Numbered from the stretch's first letter, positions 31,654 to 40,208 are shown. The stretch is DNA of 64,000 nucleotides from an uncultured Clostridia bacterium (GCA_944385895.1 CALWYZ010000007.1:33489-97488); one strand, 5' to 3'. Program-made: numbers and translations. Notes: a model not told the origin generated them from the letters alone.

Positions 31654-32163
31654 TTACATATCCTCCATCCTCACCACCGTCATGACCGCCTGTCCTTCAT
31701 CAAACTGTACGATATTTGAAAGTATAGTATTGTACATATCCAAAAACGCATAGTATCTGCGCATATCGCTGTCTGACAGCACAGCGTATGCCGCTGCAAA
31801 ATACGGTATTGCGTTTTGAGCATGCTCACAAACCTCAAATTCGGTTTCAGGATCAGTCATCTCCGTAATTTCCGATGGGTATGCGTAATATCTTACGGTT
31901 ACCTCTTTGTCGCCTTCCGCTATAATATGTTTTTCATCGATCCTTTTAAAACTGACATTTGCGCCCAAGATCCGGTATGTATCGTCTGGTATTTGTGTAA
32001 CAACTCCGCCCAGAACTTTAAAGCTTTTCACTATCGGAGATACTGTTGTAGCGATTTGCTTTTGCGCGATATCATAATATCCGGCAAGCACTCCTTTCAT
32101 GTGATGGTAATCGTCCTCTCCGATAAGACCGCGTACCAGATCGTTAACCTGATTAATTGTCAT
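31654..32163 (-). CDS. putative head-tail adaptor
   Basis: 169 aa, MT..Q...VRGLIGE...DIAQKQIA and YYAYP...IPYFAA; lies after the capsid genes. Confidence 0.55.
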   Translation of the reverse strand: MTINQVNDLVRGLIGEDDYHHMKGVLAGYYDIAQKQIATTVSPIVKSFKVLGGVVTQIPDDTYRILGANVSFKRIDEKHIIAEGDKEVTVRYYAYPSEITEMTDPETEFEVCEHAQNAIPYFAAAYAVLSDSDMRRYYAFLDMYNTILSNIVQFDEGQAVMTVVRMEDM

Positions 32164-32185
32164 TTTGTACCTCCTTTTTTAAATC

Positions 32186-32211
32186 AGGGACGCGGATATA
32201 TCCGCGTCCCT
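32186..32211 (-). terminator. perfect 26-bp palindrome after capsid genes
   Basis: AGGGACGCGGATA|TATCCGCGTCCCT. Confidence 0.65.
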
Positions 32212-32217
32212 CTCTGT

Positions 32218-32574
32218 TTACGGAAGCTCGATTGCAGCTACCTTGATGTTGGCATTGTTTCCGGTAATAAGAATACATCCGCGGTTTTGTCCTGAAACAT
32301 TCATATATTTTCCGCTCTCTACCGTTATGACTTTTGTTTCACTCGATGCAAGTGTAACGGTAAGGTCACTTATTCCCTGGATACTGTCGCCGGCTTTAAT
32401 AGTCACGGTATTTTCAGCCGCGGTTGCGTTTTCCAGAATCAGAAGGATTCTTGCGTCCTCCTTATTTGAATAATCCACAAGTGCTCCGTCTGTTGCGTTT
32501 ATCGCAACAGCAGCGGGCATTGTTTCAGCCTTATTAAATTTAAGGCTTGTGTTTACAACAGATGTAGCAGCCAT
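32218..32574 (-). CDS. putative capsid decoration/cement protein
   Basis: 118 aa, A/T/V-rich beta protein immediately after the major capsid gene. Confidence 0.5.
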   Translation of the reverse strand: MAATSVVNTSLKFNKAETMPAAVAINATDGALVDYSNKEDARILLILENATAAENTVTIKAGDSIQGISDLTVTLASSETKVITVESGKYMNVSGQNRGCILITGNNANIKVAAIELP

Positions 32575-32592
32575 TATTATATCCTCCTTTTA

Positions 32593-33408
32593 TTATTTGT
32601 GTGCTTTGATTACATACAACTCTTTTGGACGGACTATCTTGCCGCCGTATACGTTAAGACCCTTTACCGCATCGGCAAAGTATGACTCGGGACGGTATGC
32701 CTCTGTCTCATCTATGCCGCCGGCAAAGGCTATAGCACGGTTGGTACGTACCAGCATGTAATCGTCAGTGCCGTCATTGTACAGGTTATTAGACATTTTA
32801 ACCTTGCAATTATCGTACATTCCGGCTATACCCTTACTTATCAGCTCATCATTGTTTGTCTTAAGCTCTGTCAAAGCGTCACGGAAAAGATGATAGAAAA
32901 ACGGCGACACAGTAATGGACACATTGTCCTCCACGTCAACATCGTTTTCTCTCAGCTTTAAAAGTGCCGCATCCACAAGCTCTTTAGCCTTCTGAGCAGA
33001 GTCTACTTTAGTAGATTCCGAGAAAAACTCGGCTTCCTTTGCAAGAGTTGCAACAAAGTGGTCACGGGTTCTTGCCATTTTAGCGGTAGCCTCTCTTATA
33101 AGCACTTCCATAAGCCCGTTTGTCGACTGTGCCTTATCGATATCATCGATCATAAAGTTAAACGCTTTTGCCTGGTCAATATCCAGGTGTATGCTTGTCC
33201 CCTCCACAGCTACAGGCGCAGGTATACCGTTTCCGGGTATGTAATCAAATATATCCGGTGCTCCTACACCGATTATTTTGACGCGTGCGCCTTGTTTTGC
33301 TTCGCCTTCAAACTGTGTCCAGCAATCCTCGACCAGTCTGCACTTCTTTTCAAGTTCGGTCTGAATAAATTTAGACCATATTACTGATTTAAAATTAGAA
33401 AAAGCCAT
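32593..33408 (-). CDS. major capsid protein (P22 gp5-like HK97 fold)
   Basis: F..VIWS, FEGE...G..VKI, LDIDQAKAFNF.IDDIDKAQ and E.YRPE..FADAVKGL.VYG.K..RP. Confidence 0.85.
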   Translation of the reverse strand: MAFSNFKSVIWSKFIQTELEKKCRLVEDCWTQFEGEAKQGARVKIIGVGAPDIFDYIPGNGIPAPVAVEGTSIHLDIDQAKAFNFMIDDIDKAQSTNGLMEVLIREATAKMARTRDHFVATLAKEAEFFSESTKVDSAQKAKELVDAALLKLRENDVDVEDNVSITVSPFFYHLFRDALTELKTNNDELISKGIAGMYDNCKVKMSNNLYNDGTDDYMLVRTNRAIAFAGGIDETEAYRPESYFADAVKGLNVYGGKIVRPKELYVIKAHK

Positions 33409-33421
33409 TTTTTATTCTCCT

Positions 33422-34021
33422 TTACAGTCTTTTAAGTGATTTCATTGCCTTCCTGAAAATAACCGGATTGTCAAGATCTCGCTTTGTAAGCCTGTCCAGT
33501 TCTTTCGAGCTGAAAAACTCACCGCTTGCATCCTCTGTGACGCCTACAGCCCCGGTTTCTGGCGGTCGTTTACATAAACTGCCCTCGTTTGCTGCTTTTA
33601 TTGCGGAAAAGGCTACCTTAGCGTCTACTCCGTTTTCTATCAGCTTTAAAAAATCTCCGCCAATGCTTTCAAGGTCTGAAACGCCCGGGTCGATCTGACG
33701 TATTGCCTCGAGATCCGCCTGCATCCTGTTCTCAACAAGCCTGGAAAGATAAATATCGCTTTGTTTTTTGTACTTATCGATATCCGCCGCGCGACTCAAC
33801 TGAGCACGCAGCCTGTCGATTTCCTTTTTATATGCCTCGTTTTCAAGCCGGATCTTTCTGAATCCCGAGTTTTCGGCGGCTGTTTGCTTACGGCCGGTGA
33901 GCTCCGTCTGTGTGACGGATACGGGCGTCCCCGTTCCGTCACCACCTTTACTGGCATTGCCGCCTTGTACAGGCTCCACGACTGCCTGCCGTGCGTCGTT
34001 TACCGCATTTAAATTTTCCAT
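33422..34021 (-). CDS. putative capsid scaffolding protein
   Basis: Disordered N-terminus, coiled coil, and a short helical C-terminus; directly upstream of the capsid gene. ATG 34021 chosen as start. Confidence 0.6.
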   Translation of the reverse strand: MENLNAVNDARQAVVEPVQGGNASKGGDGTGTPVSVTQTELTGRKQTAAENSGFRKIRLENEAYKKEIDRLRAQLSRAADIDKYKKQSDIYLSRLVENRMQADLEAIRQIDPGVSDLESIGGDFLKLIENGVDAKVAFSAIKAANEGSLCKRPPETGAVGVTEDASGEFFSSKELDRLTKRDLDNPVIFRKAMKSLKRL

Positions 34022-34025
34022 ATCT

Positions 34026-34646
34026 TTATCCCCATCTTTCAAGAAGTCTTTCAAATATGACCGCGGCTTCCTGACGTGTCAGATTTGCACGCGGATTGAA
34101 ATTATTATTTTCATCGCCAAGCATTATACCGGCCTCAGTCACCTTTTTGACAGCTTCTTTTGCCCAATTTGAAATGCTGGCTTCGTCATTATATTTTTCC
34201 ATAGTCTGTTCCTCCGAAATAATAAAGCTTTCGCTGTAATACACCCCGACTTTATTCGGTATGCCCAGATACGAGCTGGGGTCTATCGGACTGTTATTGC
34301 TGTCGTTAAGCTGAAAATGCAGATGCAGGCCGGTAACGTTTCCCGTATCGCCCATTTTAGCTATAACAGTAGTGCGGTTAACACTCTGTCCTACAGTAAC
34401 CCTTACGCTGCCCTCTTCCAGATGACAGAATATATGCCGGTTTCCGTTGCTGTCCCCGATAGATACATATCTGCCCCAGCCGCTTTCATCATACGCAATT
34501 ACTCGAACAGTCCCGTCGCAGGTCGCATAAACATCTCTGTTGTCCGCAACAAAGTCTATACCTTTGTGTTTGTCTTTCCAGTAAGACCCGTCCTGTCCGT
34601 AAGTCGCCGTAACGGAGAATTTGCCTGTAACAGGTAAATTTGTCAT
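34026..34646 (-). CDS. M23 endopeptidase endolysin with C-terminal SLH domain
   Basis: HKGID and HLHF zinc motifs; ISNWAKEAV...GIMLGD...FNPRANLTRQEAAV is an SLH motif. Confidence 0.85.
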   Translation of the reverse strand: MTNLPVTGKFSVTATYGQDGSYWKDKHKGIDFVADNRDVYATCDGTVRVIAYDESGWGRYVSIGDSNGNRHIFCHLEEGSVRVTVGQSVNRTTVIAKMGDTGNVTGLHLHFQLNDSNNSPIDPSSYLGIPNKVGVYYSESFIISEEQTMEKYNDEASISNWAKEAVKKVTEAGIMLGDENNNFNPRANLTRQEAAVIFERLLERWG

Positions 34647-35089
34647 TTTTTATCACCTCCGCCGTTATTGATTTCGTCTTTTGCATTCTTTAAAAATTTA
34701 GCTATCCAGCCCGGAAGCGCCTGATTATTACATCTATAAATATTTTCAACTATCGATATACTTTCTGTTACTGCAATATAAACGCATATCACGCTTGAAA
34801 ACAGTAAGTTTTTAGGTACGCTGAGCCCGACTGACGATGCGGCATAAGGTATGAACACATCAAGAAACGTCCCAAACGCCAGTGCCAGAAACAGCACTAC
34901 CTTTTTTATAACGCCCTTATATGCCTTCTGACTTGACAGTCCGCTGCCATCCATGATGGATGCCAGAATACCCGTCGCTATGTCAAACAGCACAACTGCG
35001 CCGACGATCGTATACGCAAGTCCGTATAGTTTAAAATATGCTAAAACAGCGCCGCCCGCTATTGACAGCAGGTATTTTATATTACTCAT
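34643..35089 (-). CDS. phage holin (holin_4 / toxin-secretion type)
   Basis: D..TG...SS...KG..KK and ESISIVEN...P; three TMs; overlaps the endolysin start. Confidence 0.85.
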   Translation of the reverse strand: MSNIKYLLSIAGGAVLAYFKLYGLAYTIVGAVVLFDIATGILASIMDGSGLSSQKAYKGVIKKVVLFLALAFGTFLDVFIPYAASSVGLSVPKNLLFSSVICVYIAVTESISIVENIYRCNNQALPGWIAKFLKNAKDEINNGGGDKK

Positions 35090-35124
35090 TATCTTTTTCC
35101 CTCTCCAAATTATTTTTAACGCCG

Positions 35125-36789
35125 CTAAATGAGCTGCCCTTCTGCCGTATCAGAAAGTTTTGCAGACAGTTGATTTGTCATATTCTGCAAACTAACAGCA
35201 AGATTTTGCAGATCATTGAGCGTGGCGACGGGAGAGTAGATCCATTCTCCCGTTCTTAAAACGGCTCTGCCGAAGTCGGATATATTTGTCACATACATAG
35301 GGCCCGACACTCCTTGGCTTTCAAAGTATGAACATAAATCCACACTTCCGTTTATCCATTCAGCAAGAGTCCATGTTTTTGTTGAATAATTATTATCGGC
35401 GTTGCAGATAAAATATCCGCTTGAGCCGCCTACAATATATATCGGATCAACAATACTGCTTCCGCTCTCAGCAAGAGCAAGATCAAACAGTCGTATTCCC
35501 GATCCGTAAGTTAGGGTACTGTCGGTAAGCCCGTGCGACTGTATCGCAGATACCGCCGACTCAACATTGCCGAAAGCACACGGCAGTGCAGGAGATATGC
35601 ACGAATCTGCGGCAGTACCGCTTGATATCTCTTCCGACAGACTGCGACTGCGAAGCTTTATGACACCGTCCTTACGGTAAAATATACTGTCATTTACAAG
35701 ACCCGTGGGGTCAGTATCTGTATTAATTATTATCTGTTCGCTGTCAGCATCAAGCTTTTGGGCAAGCATGCTGTCGGTTTGTGCAGTAGTATACGTGTCT
35801 ATTTCATCAAACTTCTGCTGTACATACTTTTCTGTGGCTATCTTTTCGTAAACAGTTTCCTTAGCTCTGAAAACCTGTTTTGCAAAATCAGATACATTTT
35901 GAATAATAATATCCGAATATCCCTGCTGTTCAAAATGTCCCAACACATCTGCCGTACCTGCCGCCCATACTGAACTGCTCCATGCTTTATGATCGGTTTT
36001 CTGATCATAGTTATCTAAATAATATAAGGTCCTTACATTAACAATATATAATTTATCAACAAGCGTTCCATCCTTATTGTATAAATCCATAAGATGTATA
36101 CAAGAGGTGTTGTTTTCCGTCTTATCAGTAAGCCCGTGCGACTCAATTGCGCTGTCAAGATCATCTGAGCTGTCATAAACGCACAGTGCGGGAGACAGAT
36201 AAACCTCAGCTTTATCGCCGTCTGAGGGGGCGGATATATATCCGTTTTTATAAAGCTTGAGCTGAGTATCCTCTCTGCAAATAAACGCTGTGTCCTGATC
36301 AGAGGGCTGAGAGCTCACATCCTGTATCACATTTTTACTGTCATTGTCGGTCTTGAGATCCAGCAAGGAGTCGGTCTGTGTTTTGGTATATATCTGTGTT
36401 TTATCATATACATTCTGTATATCAGCCTTTTGTGACAGCATACTGTCCGTCTGAGTTTTGGTATATACCTGTGAGGCGTCTGCTTTAAGATCGAGGTATC
36501 CGTCCGCCTCACTTTTATTATACGTCTCAGATTTTTTATAGACACTGTCCGCGTCCGCTTTTGTATCGAGCAAACCGTCGGTTTCCGTCTTTGTGTATAC
36601 ACTTTGGGCGGGCGCTGCGGCGTTTGCGGTATCTACAAGCTCATTTATTTTCGGAATGATTATCTGTCTGGGCAGATAATCGAAAAACTCTTTCATTTCC
36701 TGTGCGGTTTTTCCCGGTACGTCAGATTGATTTACATGATACCGTTTTTGATTAAAAAGTTCAGTATCATTGATTTTCGATATCGACAT
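35125..36789 (-). CDS. putative fibre/receptor-binding virion protein
   Basis: Repeated YTK.[EQ]TD..L..KAD fibre motifs and an internally duplicated ~190-aa domain. Confidence 0.55.
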   Translation of the reverse strand: MSISKINDTELFNQKRYHVNQSDVPGKTAQEMKEFFDYLPRQIIIPKINELVDTANAAAPAQSVYTKTETDGLLDTKADADSVYKKSETYNKSEADGYLDLKADASQVYTKTQTDSMLSQKADIQNVYDKTQIYTKTQTDSLLDLKTDNDSKNVIQDVSSQPSDQDTAFICREDTQLKLYKNGYISAPSDGDKAEVYLSPALCVYDSSDDLDSAIESHGLTDKTENNTSCIHLMDLYNKDGTLVDKLYIVNVRTLYYLDNYDQKTDHKAWSSSVWAAGTADVLGHFEQQGYSDIIIQNVSDFAKQVFRAKETVYEKIATEKYVQQKFDEIDTYTTAQTDSMLAQKLDADSEQIIINTDTDPTGLVNDSIFYRKDGVIKLRSRSLSEEISSGTAADSCISPALPCAFGNVESAVSAIQSHGLTDSTLTYGSGIRLFDLALAESGSSIVDPIYIVGGSSGYFICNADNNYSTKTWTLAEWINGSVDLCSYFESQGVSGPMYVTNISDFGRAVLRTGEWIYSPVATLNDLQNLAVSLQNMTNQLSAKLSDTAEGQLI

Positions 36790-38263
36790 TGTTTTGTCCT
36801 CCTCTGCTCTTTATTATCTGCTCCAGTTTTGACTTTGGCACAGAGCTGTCATCATCCAGCGCCCAAACATACTCCTCAAATGTAAGATGACCCATACTGA
36901 AAAGCTGGCTTAGTGACTGCTCTCTTGCGTATTTTGAAAACGGATTTGTACTGGATACATCAACACGGACCTGCGGCTGGAGGATATCAAGCTGTCCGGC
37001 GCTGATTTTCTCTCCGCCCGGAAGCGTAATTCCCTCAGGGTTATAAACAATCCACTGTCTGTACCAGATCATCGCAATGTCTTCCACCAAACGTCTAAAC
37101 GCAGCTGTCTGCTCATTAAGCGGTATCGCAGCCTGGTCACGTACGGCAATAATAGCGGTGCCGGAGGCCTTAGTCGGATCTATATTTCCCAGTGAAGCGT
37201 CGCCCGCACCGGCAAGCTGACGAGTCGTTATAAGCAGCTCCTCGCTCAGAGCCTTGGCATCGGGAGCCATCGGTGACGGAGTAAGATAATTTACCGCATC
37301 CTTTACCGAATTTATACTTCCGCCCTCTACTTCTATTGCAGTTCCGACTTCAGTCAGCGCCTTCGGATTGGCAATACGGTCACCTGCGTATATCAGACGC
37401 GAATATGCGGTAAGCTTGGCATTTACAAGGCGTCTTGCAAGATTGCGGTTTATCTCTATCTGATTTGGTATAACAGGCAATACCTCACCGTAGCCCCGTG
37501 CTGTTGAACGCTTTCTTGAACAAATCAGAGACGCCACAGGATAACAATTCAATCCCTTAACTACTTGTCTTGGCTGATATACCACTGTTCTTGTTGAACG
37601 GGTAAAATACAGATCGCCGTTTACCAGCTCCAGCTTTAAAAGGCTTACGCATTTGTCCCGTCCCAGATCATCCAAGTCCTCATCAGGTAAAATCGTCATA
37701 TAGATCTCTTTGGATATTCCGTTTTTCTGCGCCTGCGCCCGGATATCTTTAACTGACTTGCGTTCTCTGATTAATATGTATGGCTGTGCCGATATGTCCG
37801 GATTGGACTCATCCGCAAGAAAAACATCTGTGCGTTCAAGTACCTGACACGACCCGGCTCCGTCATAAAAATAGATATAACTGTCACCCGATATCATAGC
37901 GGCCTTAACTACATCCCAGCATTTTGTATCCATTTTGAGACGTTCCCACTGCTGTGCGGCGATGCGCGACAGCCCGGCGCATACACGCTGCATGCGGTCG
38001 TCAGTGATAGGAGCAGAATAGTTTATGCTCATATCGTTCATTGCAACCATAGCAGTTTTATACTTGACAAGCGGGGCAATAAAATTATATACAGGCAGCT
38101 GTTCATCTCCGCTCTCAAGTCCGTACCACTGATCTCCCTCATAAAAGCGGTATGCACGAACGGTATCGTCATCAATACCCATTTTCATATGAGTATCAAG
38201 ACAAGTCTCATATTCACCCCAGATCTGCCCTGCCGTCACTATTGTGTCATACAGCTTGCTCAT
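36767..38263 (-). CDS. portal protein (P22-like)
   Basis: FYEGDQW, P.YNFI, GYGEV...IPNQIEIN and ASGTAI; follows TerL. Confidence 0.8.
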   Translation of the reverse strand: MSKLYDTIVTAGQIWGEYETCLDTHMKMGIDDDTVRAYRFYEGDQWYGLESGDEQLPVYNFIAPLVKYKTAMVAMNDMSINYSAPITDDRMQRVCAGLSRIAAQQWERLKMDTKCWDVVKAAMISGDSYIYFYDGAGSCQVLERTDVFLADESNPDISAQPYILIRERKSVKDIRAQAQKNGISKEIYMTILPDEDLDDLGRDKCVSLLKLELVNGDLYFTRSTRTVVYQPRQVVKGLNCYPVASLICSRKRSTARGYGEVLPVIPNQIEINRNLARRLVNAKLTAYSRLIYAGDRIANPKALTEVGTAIEVEGGSINSVKDAVNYLTPSPMAPDAKALSEELLITTRQLAGAGDASLGNIDPTKASGTAIIAVRDQAAIPLNEQTAAFRRLVEDIAMIWYRQWIVYNPEGITLPGGEKISAGQLDILQPQVRVDVSSTNPFSKYAREQSLSQLFSMGHLTFEEYVWALDDDSSVPKSKLEQIIKSRGGQNNVDIENQ

Positions 38264-38448
38264 CTGCGGTCACCGCCTTTGTATTTATCCGTTTTGCCGT
38301 ATGCTTCAATATTCTGCAATAAAATATTAAGCTGTTCTATCTCGTTGTGGGCAGCACCGTGTATGCTCTTTTTATATCTATGCTTTTTAATAATAAAACA
38401 TACTGCACCGGCAGCAAGTATTATGCCGGTAAAAACCAATACTTCCAT
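38260..38448 (-). CDS. small membrane-anchored phage protein
   Basis: GAGGAGG RBS and an N-terminal TM; overlaps the portal start. Confidence 0.6.
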   Translation of the reverse strand: MEVLVFTGIILAAGAVCFIIKKHRYKKSIHGAAHNEIEQLNILLQNIEAYGKTDKYKGGDRR

Positions 38449-38458
38449 TTTTCCTCCT

Positions 38459-39817
38459 CTATATTATTTTGAACTGTTTTTCACTGTCAAAAGGGGACAG
38501 TTTTTTCTCAAAACTAAAGCCGTATTTATATTCGGGCGGCGGTATGTCTGCCGGTCTTGGCTGACCTGAAACAAAGTAACGTATAGCGTCAGGAGCATGA
38601 GTAAGTTCATGCGGGACGCTTGCACAATCAGATGGATTTTGACTGTCACACTGCAGCATAGAAATGCAGCGGATAAGATTGATGCAACAGTCAAAAATCC
38701 TAAGCCGAGCCGTCGGCTTTTGCTGTTCATCCTGAGTTATATGCAGCCATTCCTTGACAGCAAGCCAACCTGAAATCCTTGAGGACGATACACGCGTCAG
38801 ATTTATTCCGTTTTCAGCAAACAGTGAGGCTATACTTTTACCGCTGTCTTTTTGTCTGTTCCAGAGATCGGGCGGTGCGAAAACCGCACGGATCTTGTCG
38901 CCGCCGCAAAGTTCTTTTAATCTTTGGGCCGCCTGCGACACTATAAGCCCGCTTCCTCCGTTGTCTTTGCCCTCATACACCTCAGCTGTCACATATGCAT
39001 TGCAAAAACCGTCAACAGCAATTTTATAAGCGGCAAGCATATCAAGTCCGTAATCGAGACAGATGTATTTTCTCCACTCGTCAGGAATCTCAAATGCCGG
39101 CATAACATGAATCTGCCGGTCAAATTCTTCAAAAAATTTGCCGTCAGTGATGTCCCAGCATCCGTCAAGCAGCGCTTTTCTGTCCTTTTTACTCAGAGCT
39201 TCAAGGCGCTTGATATACATCGGATCTGATTTCATCAAAAAGCCGTTATCAGTGATTTTTGCGGGGATGAATATTCTTGTCATTCCTGCGATCTTAACCG
39301 CTCTGTCGGCAGGGCAACAGTCAATAAACCGTTTTTTTACCCAGCTGTGACCTATACCCCCGGGATTTGTACTGCTTTTGACGGACTTGGGATAACCATT
39401 GACACCTCTGCAGCGTGAAAGCAAATACAGATACATACTTTCTGTAAAATGAGTCAGCTCGTCAAAACGTATGACATCATATTCAGCCGACTGATACCTA
39501 TACACATCCTGCTCATTATCACAATAGGCAAAGTCTATCAGCGATCCGTTTACAAACGTCCCCGTGTGATCGGCTTTCCGATAGCTGTAAACCTGAGAGG
39601 GATATAGCGAAAGAGATGTACGTATCAGCGACTTTTCAAGTTCGGGAAGTGTACGCCTAAAAATTATCTGCTTTGATGCCGGATATTTCATTGCGTACAG
39701 GAATGCATCTATTATCTGTCCGTAACTTTTTCCGCCGCCCGCCGCACCTCCGTAAAGCACTTCGAATTCATAAGTGTCACAGAATTTTTTTTGACGCTCG
39801 GTAACGGAAATGTCCAT
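38459..39817 (-). CDS. terL: terminase large subunit
   Basis: Walker A GGAAGGGKS, Walker B IRFDELTH, STNPGG, and nuclease motifs LDYG and HAPDAIRY. Confidence 0.93.
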   Translation of the reverse strand: MDISVTERQKKFCDTYEFEVLYGGAAGGGKSYGQIIDAFLYAMKYPASKQIIFRRTLPELEKSLIRTSLSLYPSQVYSYRKADHTGTFVNGSLIDFAYCDNEQDVYRYQSAEYDVIRFDELTHFTESMYLYLLSRCRGVNGYPKSVKSSTNPGGIGHSWVKKRFIDCCPADRAVKIAGMTRIFIPAKITDNGFLMKSDPMYIKRLEALSKKDRKALLDGCWDITDGKFFEEFDRQIHVMPAFEIPDEWRKYICLDYGLDMLAAYKIAVDGFCNAYVTAEVYEGKDNGGSGLIVSQAAQRLKELCGGDKIRAVFAPPDLWNRQKDSGKSIASLFAENGINLTRVSSSRISGWLAVKEWLHITQDEQQKPTARLRIFDCCINLIRCISMLQCDSQNPSDCASVPHELTHAPDAIRYFVSGQPRPADIPPPEYKYGFSFEKKLSPFDSEKQFKII

Positions 39818-40056
39818 CAGTCAACAACCCTGATATTAACCTTAAATTCGCCGGCTGACGGACTGTCCTGATAATCCAGAATCTCTCTGACAAGCTTTAC
39901 TGCATCCGGTGCGCCGCCAAGCGCACGTTTTATTATTGCTGCCGCTATTGCCTGCTGCACTGTAAAACTTGGACCGAGAATTGCTTCTTCCGGATCACTT
40001 ATCTTTTTCCTGCATAGCTTTTTGACTGTCGCGTCAAATGTTTTAGTCCTTGCCAT
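39817..40056 (-). CDS. short terminase small subunit-like protein
   Basis: 79 aa, coupled to terL (TGATG); AIAAAIIKRALGG...AVKLV helix pair and C-terminal FKVNIRVVD strand. Confidence 0.6.
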   Translation of the reverse strand: MARTKTFDATVKKLCRKKISDPEEAILGPSFTVQQAIAAAIIKRALGGAPDAVKLVREILDYQDSPSAGEFKVNIRVVD

Positions 40057-40083
40057 TTGCTCTTTGCCCCCTTTCGTATTCTG

Positions 40084-40115
40084 ATTTTAAACTAAAAAAC
40101 CGAACAAAACGAACA
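40084..40115 (-). promoter_or_regulatory. putative activator-dependent promoter of the virion operon
   Basis: Minus strand reads TGTTCG-TTT-TGTTCG-N11-TAAAAT-N9-AAAGGGGG-N10-ATG; no TTGACA. Confidence 0.55.
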
Positions 40116-40208
40116 GTATGATACTTTTTTAAGTTATTGTATTGACTATAAAAACGGCATTTATCTGTTCAAGGTCGAAATACGTCATATAAAAAAATAC
40201 GTTTTATA

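Larger units (their letters stand above)
28553..40056 (-). mobile_element. phage-derived virion/lysis operon lacking integrase and replication genes (candidate gene transfer agent or domesticated prophage)
   Basis: 13 co-directional, tightly packed ORFs running from small terminase to ejection protein, flanked directly by pdxK and the tRNA-fMet promoter. Confidence 0.8.

Noticed and set aside
28553-40056. Tailocin, contractile injection system, or PICI-type satellite
   Set aside because: It has capsid, portal and terminase but no sheath, tube or tape measure, and it lacks the integrase and primase/replicase that define PICIs.
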